Below, in pieces: positions 40,141-52,080 of a DNA stretch of 64,000 nt. The notes beneath the pieces were generated by a model that was given only the letters and a program-made list of their open reading frames with translations, was not told the DNA's origin and did not search any database. This stretch comes from the human T2T-CHM13v2.0 reference genome, Homo sapiens. The translations under genes were made by a program, and so were the position numbers. Position 1 is the first letter of the stretch. Each line of letters begins with the position of its first letter. Location: assembly GCF_009914755.1 (NCBI RefSeq), contig NC_060935.1. The stretch is one strand, 5' to 3'.

Positions 40141-42855
40141 ATAAAGCACTTAGTACTGTGCCTGAAACAACAAATACTTTCAATAAATAAGACCTTTAGA
40201 AATCTGCTTGGAGGCAAACGACAAGAATTCCCGTGACTCTAATTTCTTGATTGTCATATCAGAGCTAAATCCAAGGCCAAATAAACCACTGGTCTCACCG
40301 AATGCAGTGTCTCATAAGCAGCATCTTATCCAATGCAAAAAAGTTCTAAAATCTAACCACTACCAGCTTCCCAAACTCCCTTTTTCAGGCAAGACTTTTC
40401 TAAACCTGTGGCAAAGGTGCTTATGCCCGAGTAGCCTATGCCATTTTTTTAAAAAAAAATCCTATATATCAAAATGGTATCAACTTAAAATGACTCTAGT
40501 AGATCAAGAAAATATTTGGGAGTTCAAAGAGTTGTGTTTCTCACTAAATTTTAAGCATAAATCAATTTCATAGCTCAATTCCTGGAATACATAGCAGGTA
40601 ATCACATAGCTGCAGAAAAATAAATGAATGAATATATAAATAATCCCAAAACAAACTGTACAGTGGAGACAGGAAGCCTAAAGCAAGGTTATTAATGTTT
40701 ATCTTACAATTAGTAAAAATACAAAGTTTGTTCTCCATTTTTTTCCCGAAATACAGTTCAAAGTGATATCAGTAGGTATAAAACCAACACCTAGTTATAC
40801 ATCTTTAAAATGAATTTTGACCAATTTTAGCTTCTTGAGTGGGGAGAATTATCCAGAATCAAAGATCAATGTCTAGGTTATAGTAGATGGTCAATAAATA
40901 TTTGCCAATTTAGTTGATAAACATATGAATAAAACTATTTTAAAAGATGCTTGTGTAATCTTCCTCAAGTTCCAGTAAATTAAACTCCATTCTATTCTTT
41001 ACATGTAGAAAAGTCAGCGACTTCTGCTTAAATTTAAACCATTTTAGGAATGTGATGGGTAAATTAAAAAAAGGTTCCTTTTTCACCCTAGCTACACCTT
41101 GTTCATCAGGAGTAAATTCCAAAAAGTTAAACTTGACTATATCAGCAAGTTAAGAGACGCAACAATGCTCAGTAGGAAAACTTACTGGAGTCATGCCTAT
41201 TACTCTTAATAATTCAGTCAATTTCAGCCATCTATTCTCATCACAGAGGAAGGAACAAGGATTGATGAGAAAGCACATCTTATCCATAAAGCAACAGACT
41301 GGAATGGAAAGGTCTTTTCAGATACATCTGTCTATGAGAGACATACCCTTTCCCACTTCCTCATCTGAAACTGGATTAATCACCCAGGATTAGGTAAATG
41401 AAGAGTTCCAGAACATCAAGGTATTTCCAATCGACATACCCTACTTCAACCCCCTGATTCTGCCCTTCACTGTCACTCGTCTGAAGGCAAGAACAGAATG
41501 CCTTCCCCAGTCTCCATCCAGTGGAAAATGAAAAAAAATCTGACTTTCACCCCATATCATTTTCATCTTTCATCTTAATTATCACTACCAAAAGCACAGA
41601 AATCATTATCTTTACGATGATGAACGTCCAATTAGCATTTCCCATATAAATTTCATACTATAAAGGAGGTTGTAATGGATAATGCAAATTGCTAATAGCC
41701 TTTTTTTTCCTGAGCTGAAAAATTGAGGTGCTTAACAAAATGAAATTAAATCTGAGCCATTTTCAAACAAGTCAAGAACTTTAATTACTCGATAGGAAAA
41801 GAGAAGGCGAGACAAGCTAAAAATTTTAAATGGTCATATTTGTAAGTAGTTTCCCTTTCCACCACGCTGCTCAAGCTATCCCCCTAGATAGCTAAATGCT
41901 TGTCTTGTTGTGCTCAATGGGTTTTAAACTATTGTGAAAATTGTTCAGTGTAATTTTTTTCATTAGTAGGGCTACTTAGTAAGTTGGAAACTTACTCCAA
42001 ATAAACATTCCATTTGCTCTATGGCATTTTAATTGGTTCCCATCCAACATGCTTCCACACAAAAACTGATCCTGTAGTGATACCGTCTCCTTTCTAATTA
42101 GAGCATGCTGCTTTGAGCAATAACATAAGACACTATGATTTGAATTGTCCAGTCAGAGTAAGCTGGATTAGGTGTTAGCCAACATGACCATGGTTGAATA
42201 TTCATGTTCTGAAGCCATACAGACAAGTTCAAAGCCTGATTCACTGCTCACTACCTCTGTCAATTAGCCTCCGTGAAGTGAGATGAACCTCTGAGCACAA
42301 GGATTAAATGATATACAGTGTATAAAGCATCTAAAAAAAATGGCTGGAAAATAAGTGCTCAATTAACAGTAGGGAGAAAATTAACCTCAATTCTGACTTT
42401 ACAACTTGTGGGTAAACTATTCATTCAAAAATTACGCATTGGGCATCCAATATGTACTAGACAATGTTCTAGATACATGAGACATATCAGAGAAGAAAAC
42501 AGGCCCAAAAAACTGCCTGAGGAGATAAACTATCAATAATAAACAGGTAAACCATGTAGTAATTACCTCAAAACGGACCAAAAAAAGAGCCAAGTAAGGG
42601 AGATTGGGGGTGGGTGGGTGGAGATGGTTTGCTAATTGAAATTTTAAATGAGGTAAACAGGTTAGATTCTAGATTTTGCAGGTAGAACCAAAAAGATTTA
42701 CTGAAAGATTGGATGAGGAGTGTGAGAGAAAGAGGAGTCAAGATTGACTCCAAAGTTTTGGCCCAATTAACTGCAGGGATAGAGTTGATTGACTAGAATA
42801 AAGATAAGAAAGACTGAAAGTGGTGCCACTTGTATGGTGAGACAGAGAGAAAGAA

Positions 42856-42858
<3 letters not shown>

Positions 42859-42906
<48 letters not shown>
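42859..42906. repeat. (GT)24 microsatellite
   Basis: Direct reading. Confidence 0.97.
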
Positions 42907-42909
<3 letters not shown>

Positions 42910-43019
42910 GGTGACCAACTACCCAGTTTTACACAAGTCTTTCCTGGGTTTACCACTGAAAGTCCCATGGCCTTCAGAACTCCCCAGCCCCAGGCAAACT
43001 GGGACAGTTGATCACTCTA
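42907..43019. mobile_element. MER81 (hAT-Blackjack MITE) within an L2 fragment
   Basis: 113 bp with terminal inverted repeats tatggtgaccaact / agttgatcactcta and core cactgaaagtccc. Confidence 0.75.
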
Positions 43020-43549
43020 GCAAAGAGTGGATCCGATGTTCAGTTTGGGACATATTAGCTTTAAAATGTCTTCCTGGCATCTCAAGCACACATGTGAAGT
43101 AAACAGATGAATATATGAATCTGTAGTTTAAAAGTGATGAAAAATAAATTTGAATGTTGCCAGTATATACATGGTATTTAAAACTATGAGATTATGTGAT
43201 ATCACAACAGGATTTTATAGTCAGTAAAAAGTAGTCAGCAATAGAATTTCATTCATCACATGCTGAATGCCAAAACCTAAGAATATAGATTATAGCTCAA
43301 GCCCTTTAGGCAGCCACAGTACCATGGCAAAGACAGACAGCCAATTAATTACAAAGATTTTTAAGTATACAAGTTCAGTGATAACCCCTTCGAGGACAAG
43401 ATGGTATCACAGGTCTTTGAAGGATGAATAGGAGTTTCCCAAGAAGATGAGGTGGTAGAAAGAGTATTCAGAGAAGAGGTGGAAGGGAGAGAGTATTCAG
43501 AAAAGCACATTATGTATGATAATACAGAAAAGTGAAACAGCATGGCAGG

Positions 43550-45427
43550 TGTATTAGTCCATATTCACGCTACTGATAAAGGCATACCTGGGACTGGGAA
43601 GAAAAGAGGTTTAATTGGACTAACAGTTCCACATGGCTGGGGAGACCTCAGAATCACGGCAGAAGGCAAAAGGCACTTCTTACATGGTGGCAGCAAGAGA
43701 AAATGAGATAGAAGAAAAAGCTGAAACCCCTGACAAACCCATCAGATCTCCTGAGACTTATTTACTATCACGAGAATAACACCAAAATCCAGCGAGGCAG
43801 TCAAATTTTAAAGCTCCAAAATGATCTCCTTTGACTCCAGGTCTCACATCGAGATCACACCAATGCAAGAGGTATGTTCCCATGGTCATGGAAAGCCCTG
43901 CCCCTGTGGCTTTGCAGGGTACAGCCTCCCTTCTGGCTGCTTTCATGAGCTAGCTTTGAGTGTCTGTGGCTTTTCCAGGCGCACGGTGCAAGCTGTTGGT
44001 GGATCTACCATTCTGGAGTCTGGAGGACAGAGGCCCTCTTCTCACAGCTCCAGTAGGCAGTGCCCCAGTAGGGACTCTTTGTGGGTGCTCTGACCCCACA
44101 TTTCCCTTCCGCACCACTCTAGCAGAGGTTCTCCGTGAGGGCCCTGCCCCTGCAGCAAACTTGCTTGGGCATCCAGGCATCTCCATACATCTTCTGAAAT
44201 CTAGGTGGAGGTTCCCAAACCTCAATTTTTGACTTCTGTGCTCCCACAGGCTCAACACCACATGGAAGCTCCTAAGGCTTGGGGCTTCCAACCTCTGAAC
44301 CCACAGCCTGAGCTGTATGTTGGCCCCTTTCAGCCACTGCTGGAATGGCTGGGACACAGGGCACTAAGTCCCTACCTAGGCTAGAAACAGCACAGGGACC
44401 CTGGGCTCTGCCCACAAAAACACTTTTTCCTCCTGAGCCTCCAAGCCTGGGATGGAAGGGGTTGCCGTGAAGGTCTCTGACAAGGCCTGGAGACATCTTC
44501 CTCATGGTCTTGGGGATTAACATTAGGCTCCTTCCTACTTATGCAAGTTTCTGAAGCTGGCTTGAATTTCTCCTCAGAAAGTGTTTTTTTTTTTTCTATT
44601 GCATAGTCAGGCTGCAAGTTTTCCAAACTTTTATGCTCTGAGTCCCTTATTAAACTGAATGCCTTTAGTAGCACCCAAGTCACATCTTGAATGCTTTGCT
44701 GCTTAGAAATTTCTTCTGCAAGATACTGCAAACCCTCTCTCTCAAGTTCAAAGTTCCACAAATCTCTAGGGCAGGGGCAAAATGTCACCAGTCTCTTTGC
44801 TAACACATAGCAAGAGTCACTTTTGCTCCAGTTCTCAACAAGTTCCTCATCTCCACCTGAGATCACCTTAGCCTGGATTTTATTGTACTTAGAGCTATCA
44901 GTATTTTGGGAAAAGCCATTCAACAAGTCTCTAGGAAGTTCCAAACTTTCCCACATTTTCCTGTCTTCTGAGCCCTCCAAACTGTTCCAACTTCTGCCTG
45001 TTACCCAGTTCCAAAGTCACATCTACATTTTCGGGTATCCTTTCAGCAACACCCACTCTACTGGTACCAATTTACTGTATTAGTCCATTTTCCTGCTGCT
45101 GATAAAGACATACCTGAGATTGGGAAGAAAAAGAGGCTTAACTGGACTTATAGTTCCACATGCCTGTGGAGACCTCAGAATCATGGCAGAGGTGAAAGGC
45201 ACTTCTTACATGGTGGCAGCAAGAGAAAATGAGGAAGAAGCAAAAGCAGAAACCCCTGATAAAACCATCAGATCTCGTGAGATTTATTCACTGTCACGAG
45301 AATAGCACAGGAAAGACTGGCCCCCATGATTCGATCACCTCCCCCAGGTCCCTTCCACAACATGTGCGAATTCCAAGAGATACAATTCAAGTCGAGATTT
45401 GGGTGGGGACATAGCCAAACCATATCA
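43550..45427 (-). mobile_element. THE1A MaLR provirus: 5'LTR 45076-45427, internal 43782-45075, 3'LTR remnant 43550-43781
   Basis: Two homologous THE1A LTR sequences and a TSD gcagg / gcggg. Internal ORF remnant at 44381-44980. Confidence 0.92.
44381..44980 (-). pseudogene. THE1-internal (MaLR gag-like) ORF remnant
   Basis: EDRKMWESLELPRDLLNGF...FCPCPRDLWNFELER...LAEEISKQQSIQ is the typical THE1-int translation. Frameshifted downstream. Confidence 0.75.
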
Positions 45428-46696
45428 GCGGGTTTTAGAAAACTCCAAGTAGTGTTATGGTTCAGGTGGATGAAATGAAAGGACGAACATATTAAGAAGT
45501 AAAGTTAAAATGCCACATTTATCACTAATTGGCAGGCATTTGAATTTTAGCAAAACCAGAAGTAGTATAGAAATACAAATTTTGTTGAGCATGAACTATG
45601 GCAATTTCAAAGACTCAATATAAACAAATGCAGGATCCTGGTTTTGTTCATGTTTAAGCTCCACAATTCATTAGAAATATAAATGTGGGAAGTAGTTTTC
45701 CCTATTTTTTAGTTCCCTCATCCTAAAAGAGAGATGAATAATCCTGAAATATCTGGTCAGGTTTTAAATGTTAAATAACCTGATAGATTTACAAGGATAA
45801 CAATTATCTTTGTAATTATGATGTCTTTACCATTTTGAGCAATGGTTAAAATCAACCATGCCCAACAGACAAAGGAAAATCATACTACAAGTGTATTTGT
45901 GGCAGAAAGGGCAACCGGGGGCCCACATGAGTTTTGTCAACCACAGTGTAATTAACATGAATCTATATGCCATTTTAAAACTAGAAATGAATGTATAAAT
46001 TATGATTTAGTGGTTTTTAAACTTTTTAGCAACAGAACCCTTTTGTCCTGGAGAATTCAGCACATAATCTCAATTTGTAAATTTAATAAAGGTGTAACTG
46101 TTCTGAGTGATTCCTGAGTCGGGGGAAGATAAAATAGTTCTTTCTGTTCAACCTCATGGCCATCTGTTCTGGCCACTAAGAAACATCCTAGAACCCTAGA
46201 GATCCACAGAACAGTGTTAAGACAACTGTTGTAGATAATCAAATTCAATCCCCTCATTATATAAGTGAGAAGACCAAGGGCTGAAAGGAGGATGTTATTT
46301 ATTGAAAGGCACACAGTTAGTCAACTCCCCTTGGGTATAGCTTCTGCTGCACCATATTGTCTCCCCATAGCGCCATTTCCAGCTCTCTCCTACAGTCTGC
46401 TCATTTCCAGTGTCATGTGGTCGTTTCAATGCCTAAAAGTATGCATTGAGTACCCGTTACTTCTAATAACCAGTTAGTAATACTTGCACACATATAAATA
46501 CCTGTGTATATTTAACTTTTCAAATACATATGGGCACACTGCCATTTTATCTTCCTCCCTTATAAAACAAAGAAAGGGAAATTTTTCAAACCAGACTCTC
46601 TGCTCATCACCGGAGCAACATAAAGACATCATAGGATGGAATTGCTGGATATTTACCTAACATTTTATTAAGGCAATTACTGTGTAAATACTAGAG

Positions 46697-46910
46697 CAGT
46701 GATATAACATGATGCTGAGGAGCATGGGCTCTGAGACAGATCTCCTTGTTTCTAAATCCAGCTTCATAAGATATTGGACAAGTTACTTAAACTTTCAGTG
46801 TCTCAGTTTCCTCCTGTGTACAATTGAACTGATAATAATGGTAACTCCCTCATAGGGATTCAATTAGTTAATGCATTTAAGTTTAGGACATTTCCTGATA
46901 CATATAAGTC
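46697..46910 (+). mobile_element. MIR
   Basis: gagcatgggctctgag...ttggacaagttacttaaactttcagtgtctcagtttcctcctgtgta...cctcataggg. Confidence 0.8.
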
Positions 46911-46974
46911 CTTTAAAACTATTTTTTATTTTTTCTGAAACTTCGATTTATAAGAGTTTATACATTTGTCAGGG

Positions 46975-47749
46975 TTTTCTTTTTTAACTTTTATTTATAG
47001 TTCAGGCATATATGTGCAGGTATGTTACATAGGTAAATCTGTGTCATAGGGGTTTGTGATACAGATTATTTCATCACCCAGATATTGAGCTTAGTACGCA
47101 CTACTTATTTTTTCTGATTCTCTCCCTCCTCCCACCCTCCACCCTCCAAAAGGCCCCAGTGTGCATTGTTCCCCTGTATATGTTCATGTGCTTTCATCAT
47201 TGATCTCCCACTTATAAATAAGAACATGCAGTATTTGGTTTTCTGTACCTGTGTTCATTTGCTAAAGTTAATGGCCTCCAGCTCCATCTATGTCCTCGCA
47301 AAGGACATGGTCTCATTCTTTTTTATGGCTGCATATGTTCCATGGTGTATATATACCATATTTTCTTTATCCAGTCTATCATTGATGGGCATTTAGGATG
47401 ATTCCATGTCTTTACTATTGTGAATAGTGCTGCAATAAATATATGCATGCATTTGTCTTTATAACAGAACAATTTATATTCCCTTGGATATATACCCAGT
47501 AATGGGATTGCTGGGTCAAACAGTATTTCTGTCTTTAGGTATTTGCATCACTAATCATTAGAGAAACGCAAATAAAAACCGCAATGAGTTGTCATCTAAC
47601 TCCAGCTAGAATGGCTATTATTAACAGTCAAAAAATAACAGACAGTGGTGAGGTTGCGGAGAAAAAGGAGCACTTACACACTGTTGGTGGGAGTATGAAT
47701 TAGTTTAGCCATTATGGAAGACAGTATGGTGATTCCTCAAAGACCTAAA
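46975..47749 (-). mobile_element. L1PA13-16-like 5'-truncated L1 with a 5' inversion
   Basis: Antisense 3' end 46975-47545, then a sense-oriented ORF2 segment 47546-47749. Confidence 0.88.
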
Positions 47750-48859
47750 ACTATAATTTATCTTTAAAATCTTCATCAGAAGCTAACCCATTGAAGAATC
47801 AGCTTCATTAAAAGCCGTGATTCTCTCTACCAAGCACATCCCACCGTTGCTTAGACCAATAACAATTTGAAAACAATAAGCAAAACCTCTCTGGCTGATT
47901 CTAATTGTCATGTGGGAACAAAGTAAACCCTATTAGATGTCTTACCAACCTTAAATCACTCTTACTTATGACTATGCACCCAATTCTCTACCATCTACAT
48001 CCAAAATAAACATACTCTCATGCTGTTAGAATTCCTAGTTGTACTTAGTGAAAAGTCACTGCTCTCCAATGTGGAGTTCCTAAGAGCTAACAAAAGGCCA
48101 AACATCAAAATTCTCATTCAACGAAAACAGGCTCCTGTTATGACTCCATTTCTCTTCTTCCTACTCTTCCTCCAACCCAAGCCTTCACACAGGTTTTCTG
48201 GGGTGCGGGTTGGCGGGGGGTGGGTGGGAGGCAAAGAAAGCCTAGGGGAAGAAGAGTCTGTTATCCTGCATTTTAGGAAATCTACTTCCCAAAATAGCAA
48301 GATGTGAGAGTGGAAAATTAGCAGGAACACAATAGAACAAGACTGAACTAAATTACACTTCATTCAGTGTCCCACAGAGCCACAGCCTATTCATTCATAC
48401 TCATTAAATGCAATCAATATTCTACAATGGAACCATCAATTGCTATATGTCTGACATAAACAACAAATACACTAAGTACAAATTAAGAAACATACTCAGT
48501 TTTCAGACACTGGCTTGAAACTCCTGCTAATGGTACTGTGGAGAGTTAATGTCACCTGGGAGGCAGTCACCAAACAGCAGTATGAGTATAATTTTTAGAC
48601 CTGTTTTTAGACCTGTCTAAAAACCCTCTTCCCAAAATCCAACTCACATGTACATTTTTTTTCTCTCTTTAAACAACTGATTAAAAGTTGCATTCTGTTT
48701 CTTTTTCTTCCAGGTTAAAGCTAATACCAGTTCAAATGCTTTCTTACCTGTAAACATCAATCACCAAAGAATTTGTCCTCCTTGAGGGTTTCAAGATAAA
48801 TCCAAAAAATCCTAGGGTTTACAACTAAAGATGAAGGATTGACCATGTAAACCACATAC

Positions 48860-49777
48860 CTTTACCTCTGGTCTCTTTCAAGATTCTCAAAATGATAGTA
48901 AAGGAATCAGAAAATATAAACTCATAATGATAAAGAAAATAAGAAAGTAATGGCAGTGAAGATAATATTGCAATAAATTTCTGGAAGCAGAAAGAGTAAG
49001 AGACAGAAGAGAGAGAGAGGACAAAATCACAGCTTACATGTATGCAGAAGGAAAAGTAGTTGTTAAAAGAGCTGAATTTTCACTAAACTCCAGAGAGGCT
49101 CAAGGTTGAGAGTAACCAGATACAACTAATATTATCAGAGAGTCACAGGTCTAAAAACAGGAAGACCTGCTAAATGTCAGCATTTGGAAAAGTCAGTGCC
49201 CCCAATGTACACACACACACAGACACACACGCATCCTTACAAAGATGAGTTTCCATATTGAAAGGGGACACTTCCAACATAGTAAATAAAAAAACATTTC
49301 CATCATGGCCCACTAGTGTGAAATTTCAGAATCTTAGGTATGAAGAGATGACCCTGCAAGTCTCCAGAGAGAAATGTGTCACCTCCAGAGGAGTGAGAAT
49401 CAGGAAAATATCAGATTTCCCAATATAACATGCTACTAGATTACAAGACATACTGAAGACTCTCAAGGTAAAATATTGGATCAAAAATTGATTTTATGTG
49501 CAGTAAAATAATTTAAGCATACAAGTACAGAAAGAATTATATGAACACTTAATAATTAAGGGAATACTGTTCCTATGAGTCTTTCCTAAGGAATCTTTTA
49601 TGAACCAAGATTTGGGCATCTGAATGATTAGGACGAAATGGTCATAAGGCCTAAAGGTAAGCACAAGTATATATTTACATGTAAAACTAAGATTAAATGA
49701 TGAGACAGTATAACGAATGCATGCTCTTAACAATGTAGGTAAAGTCAAAACCTGACATAGAATGAAGACAATATTTT
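48860..49777 (+). mobile_element. Ancient L1ME/HAL1-type ORF1 region remnant
   Basis: gtgaaatttcagaa...ctccagagagaaatgtgtcacctccagaggagtgagaatcagg...tcagatttccca. Confidence 0.45.
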
Positions 49778-49790
49778 AAAAATAGATTAA

Positions 49791-50081
49791 GGCCAGGAGC
49801 AGTGGCTCATGCCTGTAATCCCAGCACTTTCGGAGGCCAAGGCAGGCAGATCACCAGGTCAGGAGATCGAGACCATCCTGGCTAACACAGTGAAATCCCA
49901 TCTCTACTAAAAATACAAAAAATTAGCCGGGCGTGGTGGCGGGTGCCTGTAGTACCAGCTACTCAGGAGGCTGAGGAAGGAAAATGGTGTGAACCCGGGA
50001 GGCAGAGCTTGCAGCCAAGATCGCACCACTGCACTCCAACCTAGGCAACAGAACAAGACTCCATCTCGAAAAAAAAAAAAA
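49791..50081 (+). mobile_element. AluY
   Basis: gagatcgagaccatcctggctaacac, aatggtgtgaacccgggagg and gagcttgcag. TSD AAAA(A/G)TAGATTAA preceded by TTTT. Confidence 0.95.
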
Positions 50082-50429
50082 GTAGATTAAGCTCACTGAT
50101 TGTCTTATAGATATTAATCAGGAATGTAGAACACTTCTTCAAATCAGTGCTTGATATAAAGGGGGAGTGGAAAGGAAAGTTTACTTAGCTAATTTTAATA
50201 TCTCTCATAGTTGTCCACCAATAAAAGATAGATCAAGAAAAAGGGGACTAAGAGTATTTTAGAAAAGTATTAATATAGAAATTGCCATTAGAACAAAAAT
50301 GCAAACCTCCCAAAATAAAGAAAAATATAACAAAAAAGAGAGTAAGTGAAATAAATTATGTAATGAAACACTTTATATAATACGTGTGTGTGCTTATATA
50401 TATATATGTATTAAAAATAAAAAAGCAAC

Positions 50430-51430
50430 ACATTTTTTAAAAGATTACTTATAGAGGAGAGAAGTAATAGGTTGGAAGAGACAGAATTTGAAGTTGTAAT
50501 TCTTGAAATATGCCTTGTATTGTATATGAGGCTCTGGAACAGTGTCAAAATTTTATACAATTATTAAAAAATTAAACAAGCATTTTCTAAAACTAAAAAT
50601 TAAATAAATGAACCTAACTGTATATACAGTTAGTAGTATAACCACCAAAGAAGAATCATTTCAAGTGACTTTAAATCATAGTAAGTTGTCTATGCATTCC
50701 TAGTGGAATTTACATTGTAAATTTTAAATTTTATAATGTAAAACATGTACATTATCATATTATTAGTGGTAGTGTTGGTACTGTTATTCTGAGACTGTTT
50801 TGTGTGTAGTGTGGGATAAAGCAAGCTAGTTACCATACTGATGTCTTTAAGCACCAGGATTTTCATCATAGATGAAAGTATACAGATGTAAGATTGATGA
50901 AATCAAGTAAAAATCTTATAATCCTAAATTTGGATGGAAAAAAATCAGTATAAGCCTATGAAATGTTTTTTCCTCTAAAAACTAAAAATATATATTCCCT
51001 AGGCCTCTGTAAAGGCCTAGAAGCAATAATCCAACTGGTAGTAATGATTACTCCTAGTGTCCACACTGTGATCTCCAGAAAACTAGGGATCCCAAAAAGA
51101 AAGGAATCTTTGAAGAAAAGGTTGTATCCAGATCTGGGGCATAAAATTTCCATCTTGTCATTGGAAACTGTTAAAATAAAAGAGTGATTTTAAAAGACAA
51201 AGGAATGAAATTGAATAAGCTTCCACTGCTATAGATAAGACCAATAGAGTATCAACAAAGATAATAACTTTAATTATTTTAAATACATGATATACATTTA
51301 AATGTATGAGAGCATAATTGTACACCAAAAGTTTCATGGGTTACCTTTGGAGAATGTTAGAGAACCAATTCCAATTCATTATTTTTAAAAACTGGTAAAT
51401 AAAAAGAATAAGAAGCAAGCAGTTGTGCTG
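50430..51430 (+). mobile_element. L1MC-type 3'UTR remnant
   Basis: gaacctaactgtatat...ttcaagtgacttt...ttgtatccagatctggggca. AT-rich old-L1 signature. Confidence 0.5.
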
Positions 51431-51543
51431 CCTTTCTTATTTAAGTCTAAGGAAGTTATGCAGTTAGAGAATAGAACCAAGGTAAAAAAAAAGCAAGATG
51501 ACCAAGTCCAAAATCCAGCAAAGCTGATAAACAGAACCTATGA

Positions 51544-51643
51544 TACAGTGATCAGCTCAGGTCTTTACCTGTTTTAGTATTTGAAGTCCCACATCCCAGG
51601 AAAACCCTCAGTCCCAGACAAACCAAGACAGTTGGTCATACTA
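51544..51643. mobile_element. MER81 (internally deleted)
   Basis: gaagtcccacatcccaggaaaaccctcagtcccagacaaaccaagacagttggtcatacta, flanked by cctatg on both sides. Confidence 0.7.
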
Positions 51644-51819
51644 CCTATGGAAACACAAGATCAAAAGCTCACACAAGGAGCAAAAGGTAGATTATAACAA
51701 AACTAACTTATCACTTGCTTGAAAGCCCAGTATCTACCATTGTAGATGTTACTTTGTTCATTTTAAAGGAGTTACTGGTACTGAATTCTAACTGGTATAT
51801 AGTGAACTCTTTCGATCCA

Positions 51820-52080
51820 TAATAATAACAATAGCTTCTAATTATACAGAATCTATCTTCTGACAGGCATCATATAAGCACTTTACAAGAAATTATTCAT
51901 TGAATCCTCGTGCTAATCATAGGATATAAGTGCCATTTTTATTTCCATTTACAGGTGAGAAAACTGAGGTTCCCATGGGTTATCTTACTTTCCCAAAGTG
52001 GCCCAGCTCCTAAGTGGCAGAGCCTGCATTAGAACCTAGGTCTGTCTGACTCCAAAAGCTTTCCTCTCTGTCACTACACC
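51820..52080 (-). mobile_element. MIR
   Basis: ccatttacaggtgagaaaactgaggt...taagtggcagagcctgcattagaacctaggtctgtctgactccaaa. Confidence 0.82.
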
